A stretch of DNA of 64,000 nucleotides from Candidatus Actinomarina sp. (GTDB lineage Bacteria; Actinomycetota; Acidimicrobiia; Actinomarinales; Actinomarinaceae). Below are positions 19,476 through 29,017 of the stretch, piece after piece. The translations under genes were made by a program, and so were the position numbers. The notes below the pieces were generated by a model. That model was not told the DNA's origin, searched no databases, and saw only the letters and a list, made by a program, of their open reading frames with translations. Each line of letters begins with the position of its first letter. The stretch's first letter is position 1. The stretch is taken from positions 8,999-72,998 of the forward strand of contig JAYQJM010000005.1 in assembly GCA_038142145.1 (NCBI GenBank). The letters are read 5' to 3'.

Positions 19476-20791
19476 ATTGAAATTTTAACAATATCTTTGT
19501 CGATCAAATTATTTAAATATTGTTTTCTTATATCTATCTCTACTAATAATTGTGAATCTATATTTTCTACATTATGAATTGTTGATAATTTATGAAGGAT
19601 ATCTAAATCTTTAGCTGAAATTATAACTTGCTCTTTTACTATTTCTCCGAGCACTTTTTCAAATATTCTTTTTATAAGTTTTGGAATGTTAGTACCAACA
19701 GTGGAGGATATAAATTCAGCATCAGGATATTTTTCTTTTAAATAATTTAGAGAAGCTCTATCTATTCGGTCAATTTTATTAAATACCAAGAGCTCAGGTA
19801 TCTTTGCTTCAATTTGCTCTAGAATTTCATGAACTGTATTGATATGCATTTGAGGCATAGCTGCGGCAGCATCGACAACATGGATAAGTAGTTCAGCTTC
19901 TTTAACTACAGTAAGTGTTGACTTAAAAGAGTCAATGAGTGTTGTTGGTAGATTTTGGATAAATCCAACTGTATCAGAGAGTATTAAATGTTCGTTTGTT
20001 TCATCAATTTTTAACTCTCTCTGGAGAGAATCAACAGTTGCAAATAATTCATTAGCCACGTATGTTTTTGAAGATGTAATTTTTTCTAGCAGTGTTGATT
20101 TACCTGCATTTGTATAACCAACTATTGACACCAAAGGTGTGTTGCTTTTTCTTCGTGAATTTGACTGAACAGCTCTTTGCTTGCTTACTTTTGATATTTC
20201 TTTTTTGAGTTTATTTATTCTATTGTCAATCAACCTACCATCTGTTTCAAGTTTGGTTTCTCCAGGACCTCTTGTGCCGATCCCGCCTCCTTGTTGATTT
20301 AAAGTTTTTCCAAGACCGGCAAGTCTTGGTTTGAGATAAATAGAAAGAGCTAATTCAACTTGCAATCTTGCTTCTTTAGACTGAGCATGAAGGGCAAAAA
20401 TATCTAGAATCAAGCCTGTTCTATCTACAACATCACATTTAAAAAGTGCTCTGAGCTCTTTCTGTTGGTTTGGTGTAAGTTCACAGTCGAAAATGACAAC
20501 ATCAATATCATTAGCATCGGAGATGTCAACGAGCTCTGCAATAGACCCTTTTCCAATAAAAGTTTTTGGATCAATTTTTTCTACTCTTTTTGTTTGAATA
20601 ATTTTGGGACTCGAACCAGCTGTATTGACTAAGTTTGTAAGTTCTTTTAAGGACTCCTCTTTATCTGCTCGAATTTCATTTTTTAAAATTATTCCAATCA
20701 ATAAAGCATTTTGAGTTGTAACAAAGATGTCTCTATCAGATACCGTAAGTAGTCTACGGTCAGATTGATTAGGATTGTTTCGTTGATTCAA
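19472..20791 (-). CDS. hflX: Ribosome-splitting GTPase HflX
   Basis: GIGTRGPGETKLE, GYTNAGKS, DTVGFI, NKID. Confidence 0.96.
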   Translation of the reverse strand: MNQRNNPNQSDRRLLTVSDRDIFVTTQNALLIGIILKNEIRADKEESLKELTNLVNTAGSSPKIIQTKRVEKIDPKTFIGKGSIAELVDISDANDIDVVIFDCELTPNQQKELRALFKCDVVDRTGLILDIFALHAQSKEARLQVELALSIYLKPRLAGLGKTLNQQGGGIGTRGPGETKLETDGRLIDNRINKLKKEISKVSKQRAVQSNSRRKSNTPLVSIVGYTNAGKSTLLEKITSSKTYVANELFATVDSLQRELKIDETNEHLILSDTVGFIQNLPTTLIDSFKSTLTVVKEAELLIHVVDAAAAMPQMHINTVHEILEQIEAKIPELLVFNKIDRIDRASLNYLKEKYPDAEFISSTVGTNIPKLIKRIFEKVLGEIVKEQVIISAKDLDILHKLSTIHNVENIDSQLLVEIDIRKQYLNNLIDKDIVKISI

Positions 20792-20795
20792 TTAT

Positions 20796-21116
20796 TTATA
20801 AATATGTACCACTGTCAGTAGAAGTGGAATTTTCTTCCTCTGCAATTATTTGAGACTCTCTCACAGCTAAAACAACTTTTCCAGTTGGGGGCCAAATAAA
20901 TTTCCACGCACCACTTGCTACTGCCCAAAACTGCTTACCAGTGTCTATATCAATTAATGGAAGGGCTTCCGAAGTTTTTTCGCTACCCGCTGGTACAAGT
21001 AATCCAGATTTCGTAATAGTTTCGTCTTTTAAGTGTCCTACACGCCAACCAGGAGAAACTTTAAATCCTTCAGGTGCGAAATTCACTGAATCAATCAAAT
21101 TCTGCTCTTGTTCCAT
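20796..21116 (-). CDS. Small protein, divergent GroES/Cpn10-like
   Basis: ETITKSGLLVP resembles the GroES mobile loop and VLAVRESQIIA the GroES C-terminal strand; likely start ATG 21116 rather than GTG 21134. Confidence 0.5.
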   Translation of the reverse strand: MEQEQNLIDSVNFAPEGFKVSPGWRVGHLKDETITKSGLLVPAGSEKTSEALPLIDIDTGKQFWAVASGAWKFIWPPTGKVVLAVRESQIIAEEENSTSTDSGTYL

Positions 21117-21150
21117 GACTTTATGATAAACCACTTCAATCTATAAATAG

Positions 21151-21242
21151 CGGAGGTGGACAGGAATCGAACCTGCCAAAGACTTTCACACCTTTCAACA
21201 GTTTTGAAGACTGTGGAGCCCACCAGGCGCTCATTCACCTCC
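21151..21242 (-). tRNA. selC: tRNA-Sec (anticodon UCA)
   Basis: Minus strand GGAGGTGAATGAGCGCCTGGTGGGCTCCACAGT-CTTCAAA-ACTGT...GCAGG-TTCGATT-CCTGTCCACCTCCG: UCA anticodon, long D stem with UGGU loop, long variable arm, G discriminator; CCA not encoded. Confidence 0.93.
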
Positions 21243-21255
21243 AAGATGTAGACTA

Positions 21256-21261
21256 ATTATA
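21256..21261 (-). promoter_or_regulatory. -10 box (TATAAT) for selC
   Basis: Perfect TATAAT on the minus strand, 13 nt upstream of the tRNA 5' end. Confidence 0.55.
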
Positions 21262-21292
21262 TAAAAATAATTTTTTAGAATAGAATTACATT

Positions 21293-21889
21293 ATGAAAAA
21301 TTTTCAAACTGTTTTTAATAAGTTAAAAAATGAAAGAAATCTTACTAATAAACAGATAGCGTCTTTTACTGGCGCAAAAATAAAAGAAGTTAAACAATGG
21401 GAGTCGGGAGTATCCTTCCCAACTGATTCAAAAACAATTAACGCATTAGAGGGTATATTAGGTACTGAGATAGTTAATTCTTTAAAGGCTTTTCAAAACG
21501 AAAACAATTCTTTGAAAAGCAGCTTAACAACTACTGATGATTCATTATTTAGAGTTGAGCCATCTTCTTTAGAAATAAAAGAAACATCTTTTGATAAATT
21601 TAGAGGTACTTTTCAGAGGAAGTCTCCAAAGCCAAAAACTTATAATGAAGACAAAAGCTTCAGTGCAGAATTAACAAACCATACAGCAACTCAAGACCAA
21701 AAGGCTGAAAGTAGTATGTTGGTTGAAACAGATGAAAGTCCATATATTTTAGATCAAAATCAATTGAGTTTTTACTTTTCAAGAAATTTAAAAACGGTTC
21801 TAGCTATTGGGTTGCTTTTATTAGTTTCAGTTAACTTTGCTTCGCTTCTTTGGGACTCTTTAATTCAAGTTATTGAAAATTTGACATGA
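21293..21889 (+). CDS. XRE-type HTH protein with C-terminal transmembrane helix
   Basis: LKNERNLTNKQIASFTG....VKQWESG.SFP; low-complexity linker; hydrophobic C-terminus. Confidence 0.72.
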   Translation: MKNFQTVFNKLKNERNLTNKQIASFTGAKIKEVKQWESGVSFPTDSKTINALEGILGTEIVNSLKAFQNENNSLKSSLTTTDDSLFRVEPSSLEIKETSFDKFRGTFQRKSPKPKTYNEDKSFSAELTNHTATQDQKAESSMLVETDESPYILDQNQLSFYFSRNLKTVLAIGLLLLVSVNFASLLWDSLIQVIENLT

Positions 21890-22776
21890 GCCTATTAAAT
21901 TCTGTACGTGCAGGATTATTCCTCGCAATTTCTTCGATATTAGCTGGTGCAATTGTTAGAGCTACTGGATCTGGAGATGGCTGTGGATCTACATGGCCAA
22001 CATGCAAGGGTAAGATTATTCCTCAGCTTTCTGACATACCTGAGTTAATAGAGTTTTCTCATAGAGCAGTTAGTGGAATTTTATTGGTAGTCACATTAAT
22101 TATCTTTTTAAAAACTAGAGATCTTGAAAAAAATAATTTGAAAAAAGTAATTTCAAATTATTTAACTTTTTTTGTTGTTTTAGAAGCTTTAATTGGGGCA
22201 GTAATTGTTTTATTTGAGTGGGTTGGTTTAAATAGTTCTCTTCCCAGAATTGTTGCTGTGCCAATTCACCTTGTTAATACCTTTGGACTGCTCGCTTGTT
22301 TTATTGCTCTTTATAAAGTTGTTAAAGATGACCTACAAAGTATTAAAGGAATAGTTGATAATCAGTTTTTAGTAGTTTTGTCCTTATTTTTATTAAGTGG
22401 AGCAACAGGATCTATAACTGCTTTAGCGGACGTTCTTTTCCCTTCAGAATCTTTTATTCAAGGTTTTATGGAAGATTTTGATAAAACATCTGAATTTCTA
22501 ACTAGATTGAGAATTCTTCACCCGATTGTCGCATCTTTGCTTTCTATTTTGTTGTTTTTCGAATCAAATAGGTTAAAAAAAACATATAAATTAAATACAA
22601 AATCTTTAAAGTTAATGGTTTTGGTTGCTGTGACACTAGGTGTAGTAAATGTCCTATCTAATATCTGGTTACCTTTAAGTGTTTTACATCTTGCAATAGC
22701 TGATTTCTTGTGGATTACATATATATATGTAAGTATCGAAAAAACTAGAAATAATCTTTCTGTCAATTCGCTTTAA
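21886..22776 (+). CDS. ctaA: Heme A synthase (COX15/CtaA family)
   Basis: GSGDGCGSTWPTC, IEFSHR, conserved His residues in later TMs. Confidence 0.88.
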   Translation: MSLLNSVRAGLFLAISSILAGAIVRATGSGDGCGSTWPTCKGKIIPQLSDIPELIEFSHRAVSGILLVVTLIIFLKTRDLEKNNLKKVISNYLTFFVVLEALIGAVIVLFEWVGLNSSLPRIVAVPIHLVNTFGLLACFIALYKVVKDDLQSIKGIVDNQFLVVLSLFLLSGATGSITALADVLFPSESFIQGFMEDFDKTSEFLTRLRILHPIVASLLSILLFFESNRLKKTYKLNTKSLKLMVLVAVTLGVVNVLSNIWLPLSVLHLAIADFLWITYIYVSIEKTRNNLSVNSL

Positions 22777-22839
22777 ATTACGACTACGTATATCATTCAT
22801 CTTTGTAACTAGATGGTAAAAAATTAGGTCAAAACACTG

Positions 22840-23895
22840 ATGGTAACTAAAACAATTCCTTCAAAACCAAAGCCTGAATCAAAAGAGGCTGATTTTTCTA
22901 ATGAAGATATGACCCTTTCTCCTGAACAGGAAAAAGCTGCAAGAGAGAAAGCGAAATCTTTAACAAAAAAACTAGCAGATGACAAAGGCAAGTTAACAAC
23001 AGACCTCGTTAGTCAATATTTGACTGCAATTGGTAATTTTGACCTACTTACCGCTGAGCAGGAAGTTGAATTAGCTCAAAGGATAGAGTCTGGTGAAAAA
23101 GCAGCAGTAAAACTTCAAAAGAAACAATTTAAAGACAAAAAAGGTGAGATTCGCCTAAAAAGAGATAGAAAAAAAGGTGCTGAATCAAAAGATGCATTCT
23201 TGACAGCTAACTTAAGATTGGTTGTTGCGAATGCAAGAAGATATGCAAACACATCTGGAATTGATTTTTTAGACTTAATTCAAGAAGGTAATCTTGGTTT
23301 AATTCGAGCAGTAGAAAAATTTGACTGGAGAAAAGGATTTAAGTTTTCAACTTATGCTACTTGGTGGATTAGGCAAGCAATCACCAGAGCGATTGCTGAT
23401 AAGTCAAGAACTGTAAGAATACCTGTTCACCTCCATGATACAATGGCTGCAGTAAGAGCAGCACAAGCACAACTTAAGGCTGAATTGGGTAGAGATCCTA
23501 AACCACAAGAGATTGCTAAGGAAGCTGGTGTAGGAGTCGACAAAGTAGAGCTAGCTCTAAGTGTTGCAGACACAGTTTCACTTGAGCAGCCTGTAGGTGA
23601 AGATGGAGCTCAACTAGGTGACTTTATTCAAGACGAAGATGCTAGTGATCCATCTCTAATTGTCCAAGATTTAGATGTTGCAGAAAGTCTTAGAGATAGC
23701 ATTAGTAGATTGCCTGAAAGAGAAGGAAGAATTTTAGCTTTAAGATATGGCTTCTATGACGGCGTTCCCAGGACCTTAGAAGAAATCGGTGAAGAATTTG
23801 ATTTAACTAGAGAGAGAATTAGGCAATTAGAAAAACTTGCTCTTTGCAGATTACGTCACCCATCTTTTGGTATTCGAGAACAAGACCTCGTTTAA
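22840..23895 (+). CDS. RNA polymerase sigma-70 factor, RpoD/SigA-SigB family
   Basis: [45 protein letters not shown]...TRERIRQ. Confidence 0.95.
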   Translation: MVTKTIPSKPKPESKEADFSNEDMTLSPEQEKAAREKAKSLTKKLADDKGKLTTDLVSQYLTAIGNFDLLTAEQEVELAQRIESGEKAAVKLQKKQFKDKKGEIRLKRDRKKGAESKDAFLTANLRLVVANARRYANTSGIDFLDLIQEGNLGLIRAVEKFDWRKGFKFSTYATWWIRQAITRAIADKSRTVRIPVHLHDTMAAVRAAQAQLKAELGRDPKPQEIAKEAGVGVDKVELALSVADTVSLEQPVGEDGAQLGDFIQDEDASDPSLIVQDLDVAESLRDSISRLPEREGRILALRYGFYDGVPRTLEEIGEEFDLTRERIRQLEKLALCRLRHPSFGIREQDLV

Positions 23896-23944
23896 AGACC
23901 CTTACTAAACTATCTTTGATTTATTAATTTGTTAATCTATTTAT

Positions 23945-25381
23945 ATGTTTGATTATTTAGAAATTGCAATTGATTCAGCAATTGAAAGTGGAGCTAAATA
24001 TTCTGATGCAAGGATACTTATTTCAAAGTCTCGAAACATTGCTGCAAAAAATGGTGAAATAGAAAATTTCAATGAAAACGAAAAAGTTGGTATTGGAATA
24101 AGGGCATTAGTCGGTTCTTCTTGGGGATTTTATTCAACATATGACTTATCAAATAACTCTTTAAAGTTAGCTGGAAAAAAAGCTTTTGACATAGCCAAAG
24201 CTTCTGCCATGGTAGCGGGTAATGATATGCCTTTTGCAGATGTTCCAGTTGTTGAAGATACTTATACAACCCCTCATGAGGAAAATCCATTTTCTGTCTC
24301 AAGTTCAGATCAAATTAATTTATTAATTGAGTCGACTGAAAAAATGAAAAAATATGGAAGTTCAAGAGCTTTTGGACGTTTAGATTTTTGGGATACCGAA
24401 AAGTGGTTTGCATCAAGCCAAGGTCATAAAATTTATCAGAATATTATTGAATCTGGTGGAGGAATCTCGTCCTTATCAGTGGGAGATGGTGAAACGCAAA
24501 TCAGATCGTATCCTCAATCATTTGGGGAATACAGAACTGGTGGTTGGGAAGTAGTTAAATCATTTAAGTTTGAAGACCATTTAGAAAGACTTTCTGAGGA
24601 ATCTCAAAGACTTCTTGTCGCACCACAGTGCCCAGAGGGAACAATGGATTTAATCTTAGAAGGCAGTCAGCTAGCTTTACAGATACATGAATCAGTTGGT
24701 CACGCTATTGAGTTAGATAGAATTTTGGGTTGGGAAGCAGCTTATGCTGGTACTTCTCATTTAGATCTTAAAAAATTAAATGAACACAAATACGGCTCAC
24801 CTTTAATGAATATAGTTGCCGATGCAACTTTACCTGGTGCATTGGCAACTTTTAAATATGACGATGAAGGAACTCCTGCACAGAGAGTTGATATTGTAAA
24901 GGAAGGAATTTGGACTGGAGTTTTGTCAGGTAGAGACAGCGCAGCTGTCGCAGGAGTTTCGCCTGGAGGAATGGTTAGGGCAGATGGTTTTGGTAGATTA
25001 CCTATGGTAAGGATGACAAATGTTGGTTTGTTACCCGGAGACTCTTCTTTAGATGAAATAATTTCTTCAACTGAAGATGGTATATATATGGAAACAAATA
25101 GATCTTGGTCTATCGATGATTTGAGATTAAATTTTCAGTTTGGTTGCGAAGTGGGTTGGGTTGTAAAGAATGGCAAAATAATTGATATGGTTAAAAACCC
25201 TACCTATACAGGAATCACTCCTTTGTTTTGGGGAAATATGGACATGCTAGCAGGGGAAGAAGAATGGGTTTTTTGGGGAACTCCAAATTGTGGTAAAGGA
25301 CAACCAAGTCAGATTGGCCATACTGGACATCCAGCATCTCCAGCTAGATTTAAGGATACTCGCATAGGGGTAAGAGGATGA
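23945..25381 (+). CDS. tldD: TldD-family metalloprotease subunit
   Basis: HESVGHAIELD zinc motif, YDDEGTP, RMTN, C-terminal CGKGQP. Confidence 0.93.
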   Translation: MFDYLEIAIDSAIESGAKYSDARILISKSRNIAAKNGEIENFNENEKVGIGIRALVGSSWGFYSTYDLSNNSLKLAGKKAFDIAKASAMVAGNDMPFADVPVVEDTYTTPHEENPFSVSSSDQINLLIESTEKMKKYGSSRAFGRLDFWDTEKWFASSQGHKIYQNIIESGGGISSLSVGDGETQIRSYPQSFGEYRTGGWEVVKSFKFEDHLERLSEESQRLLVAPQCPEGTMDLILEGSQLALQIHESVGHAIELDRILGWEAAYAGTSHLDLKKLNEHKYGSPLMNIVADATLPGALATFKYDDEGTPAQRVDIVKEGIWTGVLSGRDSAAVAGVSPGGMVRADGFGRLPMVRMTNVGLLPGDSSLDEIISSTEDGIYMETNRSWSIDDLRLNFQFGCEVGWVVKNGKIIDMVKNPTYTGITPLFWGNMDMLAGEEEWVFWGTPNCGKGQPSQIGHTGHPASPARFKDTRIGVRG

Positions 25382-26703
25382 AAATTTGGGAAGATTTATC
25401 TGAAGATATAAAATCAAAGCTACCAGCAGATGCTGAGTGCGAATTAAAAATGATGCATTCTAAAAGTGCTTTAACACGATTTGCTAACTCAAATATTCAT
25501 CAAAATGTCGATGAAGAGTCTGCGGATATTTATCTTACTATTCATAAAGACTCAAAAACAGCAACTGTTTCTACAAACATAACAGCACTTAAAAATTCTG
25601 AAACTTTTGTAAAGAAAGCACTAGAGTCATTGGAAAATAGTCCTATAGATAAAGGGTGGTCTGGTTTGCCAGGTGAAGAGTCATCTTATTTGGGCTTATC
25701 GGAAATTGAAGAGTCTACACCTGATGAGAGAGCGTTAAAAGTTAAAGAGTTTATTTCTCAAGGAAAAGAAATGAACGCAGCAGGTTATTGTTCTTCGTAC
25801 GTAAATAATTTTTTTGTTTGGAATTCAAATGGGCTTGAGTCTACAGATTCTTCAAGCAGTGCTTTTATAGACGGAATTTTTAGAACGGACTCTTCTGCAG
25901 GCTCATCACACAGAGGTGGAATTAATCTAAGTGAGATTGATGCAGAGATTGCAGGTTCTGAAGCGGCACAGTTAGCACAAGATAGTATCGACCCTCAAGA
26001 TATTGATCCAGGAAAATATGAAGTAATACTTGGTCATGAAGCTGTAAGCACAATCCTTGTTTTTCTTGGAGTTTATGGATTTAATGCAAAAAGCAAAGTT
26101 GATGGGATGAGTCCAATTCTGCTTGATGAAAAACAATTTGACGAAAAAATTACCTTAGTTGACTCACCAGAAGAGGCTTCTTCAATAGGTTTTAAAATAG
26201 ATGCTTCAGGATCTCTTAAAAAAAATCTTGTAGTGGTAGATAAAGGTGTTTCTTCATCATATTTCCACACAAGAAGAACGGCTAAAGAATTAAATGCAGA
26301 AAATACTTTTCATGAATTATTTGGTTGGGGTGATAACTTTGGAGGCATTGGAACCAATGTTGAGTTACAAAATGGTGATGTTTCCAAGTCTGAAATGATT
26401 TCCAATGTTAAAAAAGGAATCTACATTAATGAATTTTGGTACTGCAGAGTTTTAGATCCTATCACACAAGTAGTTACAGGGCTGAATAGAAATGGCTCAT
26501 TCTTAATAGAAGATGGAAAAATTACTAAACCAGTAGGTAGGCTTCGATTTACTCAGAGTTTTATGTCATCCTTATCTCAAGGTAATGTTATATCTGTTGG
26601 TGATAGCACTAGGTACGCAGATTCAGAATTTGGAGAGGGAATGTTAAAAGTACCGATGCTTCATCTTAAAGAATTTAATTTTACTGGTGGTGTCTCTGGA
26701 TAA
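25378..26703 (+). CDS. TldE/PmbA-family partner subunit
   Basis: TRFANSNIHQN, PGKYEVIL, TGLNRNG.FLIEDG; no HExxxH motif; ATGA-coupled to tldD. Confidence 0.9.
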   Translation: MKIWEDLSEDIKSKLPADAECELKMMHSKSALTRFANSNIHQNVDEESADIYLTIHKDSKTATVSTNITALKNSETFVKKALESLENSPIDKGWSGLPGEESSYLGLSEIEESTPDERALKVKEFISQGKEMNAAGYCSSYVNNFFVWNSNGLESTDSSSSAFIDGIFRTDSSAGSSHRGGINLSEIDAEIAGSEAAQLAQDSIDPQDIDPGKYEVILGHEAVSTILVFLGVYGFNAKSKVDGMSPILLDEKQFDEKITLVDSPEEASSIGFKIDASGSLKKNLVVVDKGVSSSYFHTRRTAKELNAENTFHELFGWGDNFGGIGTNVELQNGDVSKSEMISNVKKGIYINEFWYCRVLDPITQVVTGLNRNGSFLIEDGKITKPVGRLRFTQSFMSSLSQGNVISVGDSTRYADSEFGEGMLKVPMLHLKEFNFTGGVSG

Positions 26704-27466
26704 GCCTACATATTTTGAAGGGTCAAGTCCAATAATCATTCCTCATAGAGGTGGGTCCAACATTGTTCCTGAGAATACTTTGCATGGTTTTCAGATGGTC
26801 CTTGATGAAGGTTTTAGTCATTACGAAACAGATTTAAGAATGACAAAAGACGGTGAGATAGTATTACATCATGACGAGACTCTCGATAGAACTACAAATG
26901 TATCAGGTTTTGTTAAGGATTATTCGTGGAGTGATATTCAAAAAATTAATGCGGGATATAAATTTTATAAAAAAAACAATATACCAAATCGAACTACAAA
27001 GCTCATTAGATTAGTTGATGCATTAGAAATGAATGATGAAATTAAATTAAATCTAGATTTAAAAGAGTCAGGTTTAGCAAAAAAAGTAGTTGAAATAGTC
27101 AATTCATTAAAAGCTGAAAAAAGAGTTTTAGTATCTTCCTTTAGCTCAAAAAGACTAGATGAATTTATTAAAGTATCAAAAGGGAAAATATTAACCTCAG
27201 GATCTTTCAGAGAGAATGCAAAAGCAAAATTTCTTCCAAATAAAAATAGAAATTTTAAAGTACAAGCTTTACAAGCACCTTTTAGATGGAAAGGATTAAA
27301 AATACTTTCAAAAAAATTAGTAGAATTTTGTAAGATCAATAAGCTTCAACTTCATATCTGGAATGTTAATAGTCTTGAAGATTTTCAAGAATGTATTGAC
27401 TTAGGTTGTAATGGTGTAATTACCGATGAACCGATATTGTTTAGAGATTATATAAAAAATATTTAA
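26687..27466 (+). CDS. Glycerophosphodiester phosphodiesterase
   Basis: HRGG...PENT, ETDLRMTKDG..VLHHD..LDRTT, GVITD. Confidence 0.92.
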   Translation: MVSLDKPTYFEGSSPIIIPHRGGSNIVPENTLHGFQMVLDEGFSHYETDLRMTKDGEIVLHHDETLDRTTNVSGFVKDYSWSDIQKINAGYKFYKKNNIPNRTTKLIRLVDALEMNDEIKLNLDLKESGLAKKVVEIVNSLKAEKRVLVSSFSSKRLDEFIKVSKGKILTSGSFRENAKAKFLPNKNRNFKVQALQAPFRWKGLKILSKKLVEFCKINKLQLHIWNVNSLEDFQECIDLGCNGVITDEPILFRDYIKNI

Positions 27467-28956
27467 ACGGTATTTTCGTTAATAAATTCTTTTGCAGCTT
27501 TAAAGATTCTTTTTTTTCTTTCTGGGTCTAATTTATCTAGAGATCTAGTTAGCAGTGATAATCTAGGATTACCTTCATAAAATTTACGATTTTTTTCAGT
27601 AAAGCTCCAATATATCCCGTCGAGCTTATCACACCAGTCACCCTTTTTATAGTTACTCATTTTGAGAACATAATTAGAACCACATGTGTATGGCTTTGTT
27701 GACATTAATCCACCATCTGAGTAAGTCGCCATTCCAAAAACATTTGGAACCATAACCCATTCTGATGAATCAATATACATTTCCATAAACCATTTATAGA
27801 TTTCTTTTGGATGCACTCCACACATATTCATGATGTTACTTATTATCATTAATCTAGGAATGTGATGAATGTATCCATCTTTCAAGGTGGTTTTTATACA
27901 ATCATCAAGTGGTTCAATCCCAGTACTACCGTCGTACCATGATGAAGTGAGTTTTTTTGAGTTATTCCAATAATTACTATTTGATTGGTTAATACCTTCT
28001 GCATGATAAATTCCTCTTATAAACTCTCTCCAGCCAATAATTTGTCTTATGAATCCTTCTAGAGAATTTAAAGGAATGGAGTTTTTTTCTGAAAATTTCA
28101 AGGTTTCAGAAATGACCTCATCTGGAGTTAATAATCCAATGTTTAGTAATGCACTTAAGCAACTGTGGTATAGAAAATTACCACCCTCAATCATTGCATC
28201 TTCGTAAGTTCCAAAATCTTTAAATTTATCTTTTAAAAATTTTCTAAGTTGCTTTTTAGCTTCAAGTCTTTGTACAGGAAACCAAATATTGTCTAAACTT
28301 CCAGGATGATTTTTGAAATGTTGGTTAATTGTCTCAACTAATTGATGATGATTTTTAGATAATACAGATTTAATTTCTAATGGTGGTTCAACATTTTTTG
28401 GTATTTTTTTTCTGTTATCTTCGTCAAAAGACCATTTACCACCTACTGGATTTCCAGTTTCATCAACAAGTATATTAAGTTTTTTTCTAGCTTTTTGATA
28501 AAAAGAAGCCATACGGTAAGTCTTTTTGCCCTTTGCCATTTGAATGAACTCTTCTCTTGAAAATAAAAACATAGGGGATTTAGTAATTTTGACTTCAATT
28601 TGGTTTTGAGCTAATTTTTTCAAAAATTTTAATTCAAAAGGTTTATCTTCGATTTCGAAAATATTGATTTCTTGAATTTTTTTATTTTTTAAAAAATCAA
28701 TTAAAAAATCAACATACTCTAACTCATCTTTTCTCTGATCTAATTCAAAGTAGTTAACTTTTATTGAATTTTTTAATAGCTCATCTCTATACTCACGCAT
28801 TGCTGCTAGGAATAAATAAATTTTAGATTTGTGAAATTTAAATTCTCTACAAAGTCCAAAATCTTCTGCCATAAAAACTTCATTACATTTGTTTTTCTTG
28901 AGTAGTTTTGGATCAAATAATTGATTTCCTAAAATAATATAAAAATTTTTGCCCAT
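27463..28956 (-). CDS. Cryptochrome/photolyase of the bacterial (6-4) photolyase (PhrB/CryB) clade
   Basis: ILGNQLF, PVGGKWSFDEDNRK, EGFIRQIIGWREFIRG, YIHHIPRLMI, WVMVPNVFGM, TKPY. Confidence 0.92.
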   Translation of the reverse strand: MGKNFYIILGNQLFDPKLLKKNKCNEVFMAEDFGLCREFKFHKSKIYLFLAAMREYRDELLKNSIKVNYFELDQRKDELEYVDFLIDFLKNKKIQEINIFEIEDKPFELKFLKKLAQNQIEVKITKSPMFLFSREEFIQMAKGKKTYRMASFYQKARKKLNILVDETGNPVGGKWSFDEDNRKKIPKNVEPPLEIKSVLSKNHHQLVETINQHFKNHPGSLDNIWFPVQRLEAKKQLRKFLKDKFKDFGTYEDAMIEGGNFLYHSCLSALLNIGLLTPDEVISETLKFSEKNSIPLNSLEGFIRQIIGWREFIRGIYHAEGINQSNSNYWNNSKKLTSSWYDGSTGIEPLDDCIKTTLKDGYIHHIPRLMIISNIMNMCGVHPKEIYKWFMEMYIDSSEWVMVPNVFGMATYSDGGLMSTKPYTCGSNYVLKMSNYKKGDWCDKLDGIYWSFTEKNRKFYEGNPRLSLLTRSLDKLDPERKKRIFKAAKEFINENTV

Positions 28957-29017
28957 GATATTAATTCTTTGTTTACCATTGTAATGGGTGTTGAAGTATT
29001 AATACCTAGGGGGAAAC

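Noticed and set aside
21151-22800. Integrative element or prophage at tRNA-Sec, suggested by the adjacent XRE-HTH gene
   Set aside because: No integrase, no duplicated tRNA 3' end seen, and the flanking genes are housekeeping.
23945-26703. TldD/TldE as part of a RiPP biosynthetic cluster
   Set aside because: No precursor peptide, YcaO or other modification enzyme nearby; the pair is a widespread housekeeping protease.
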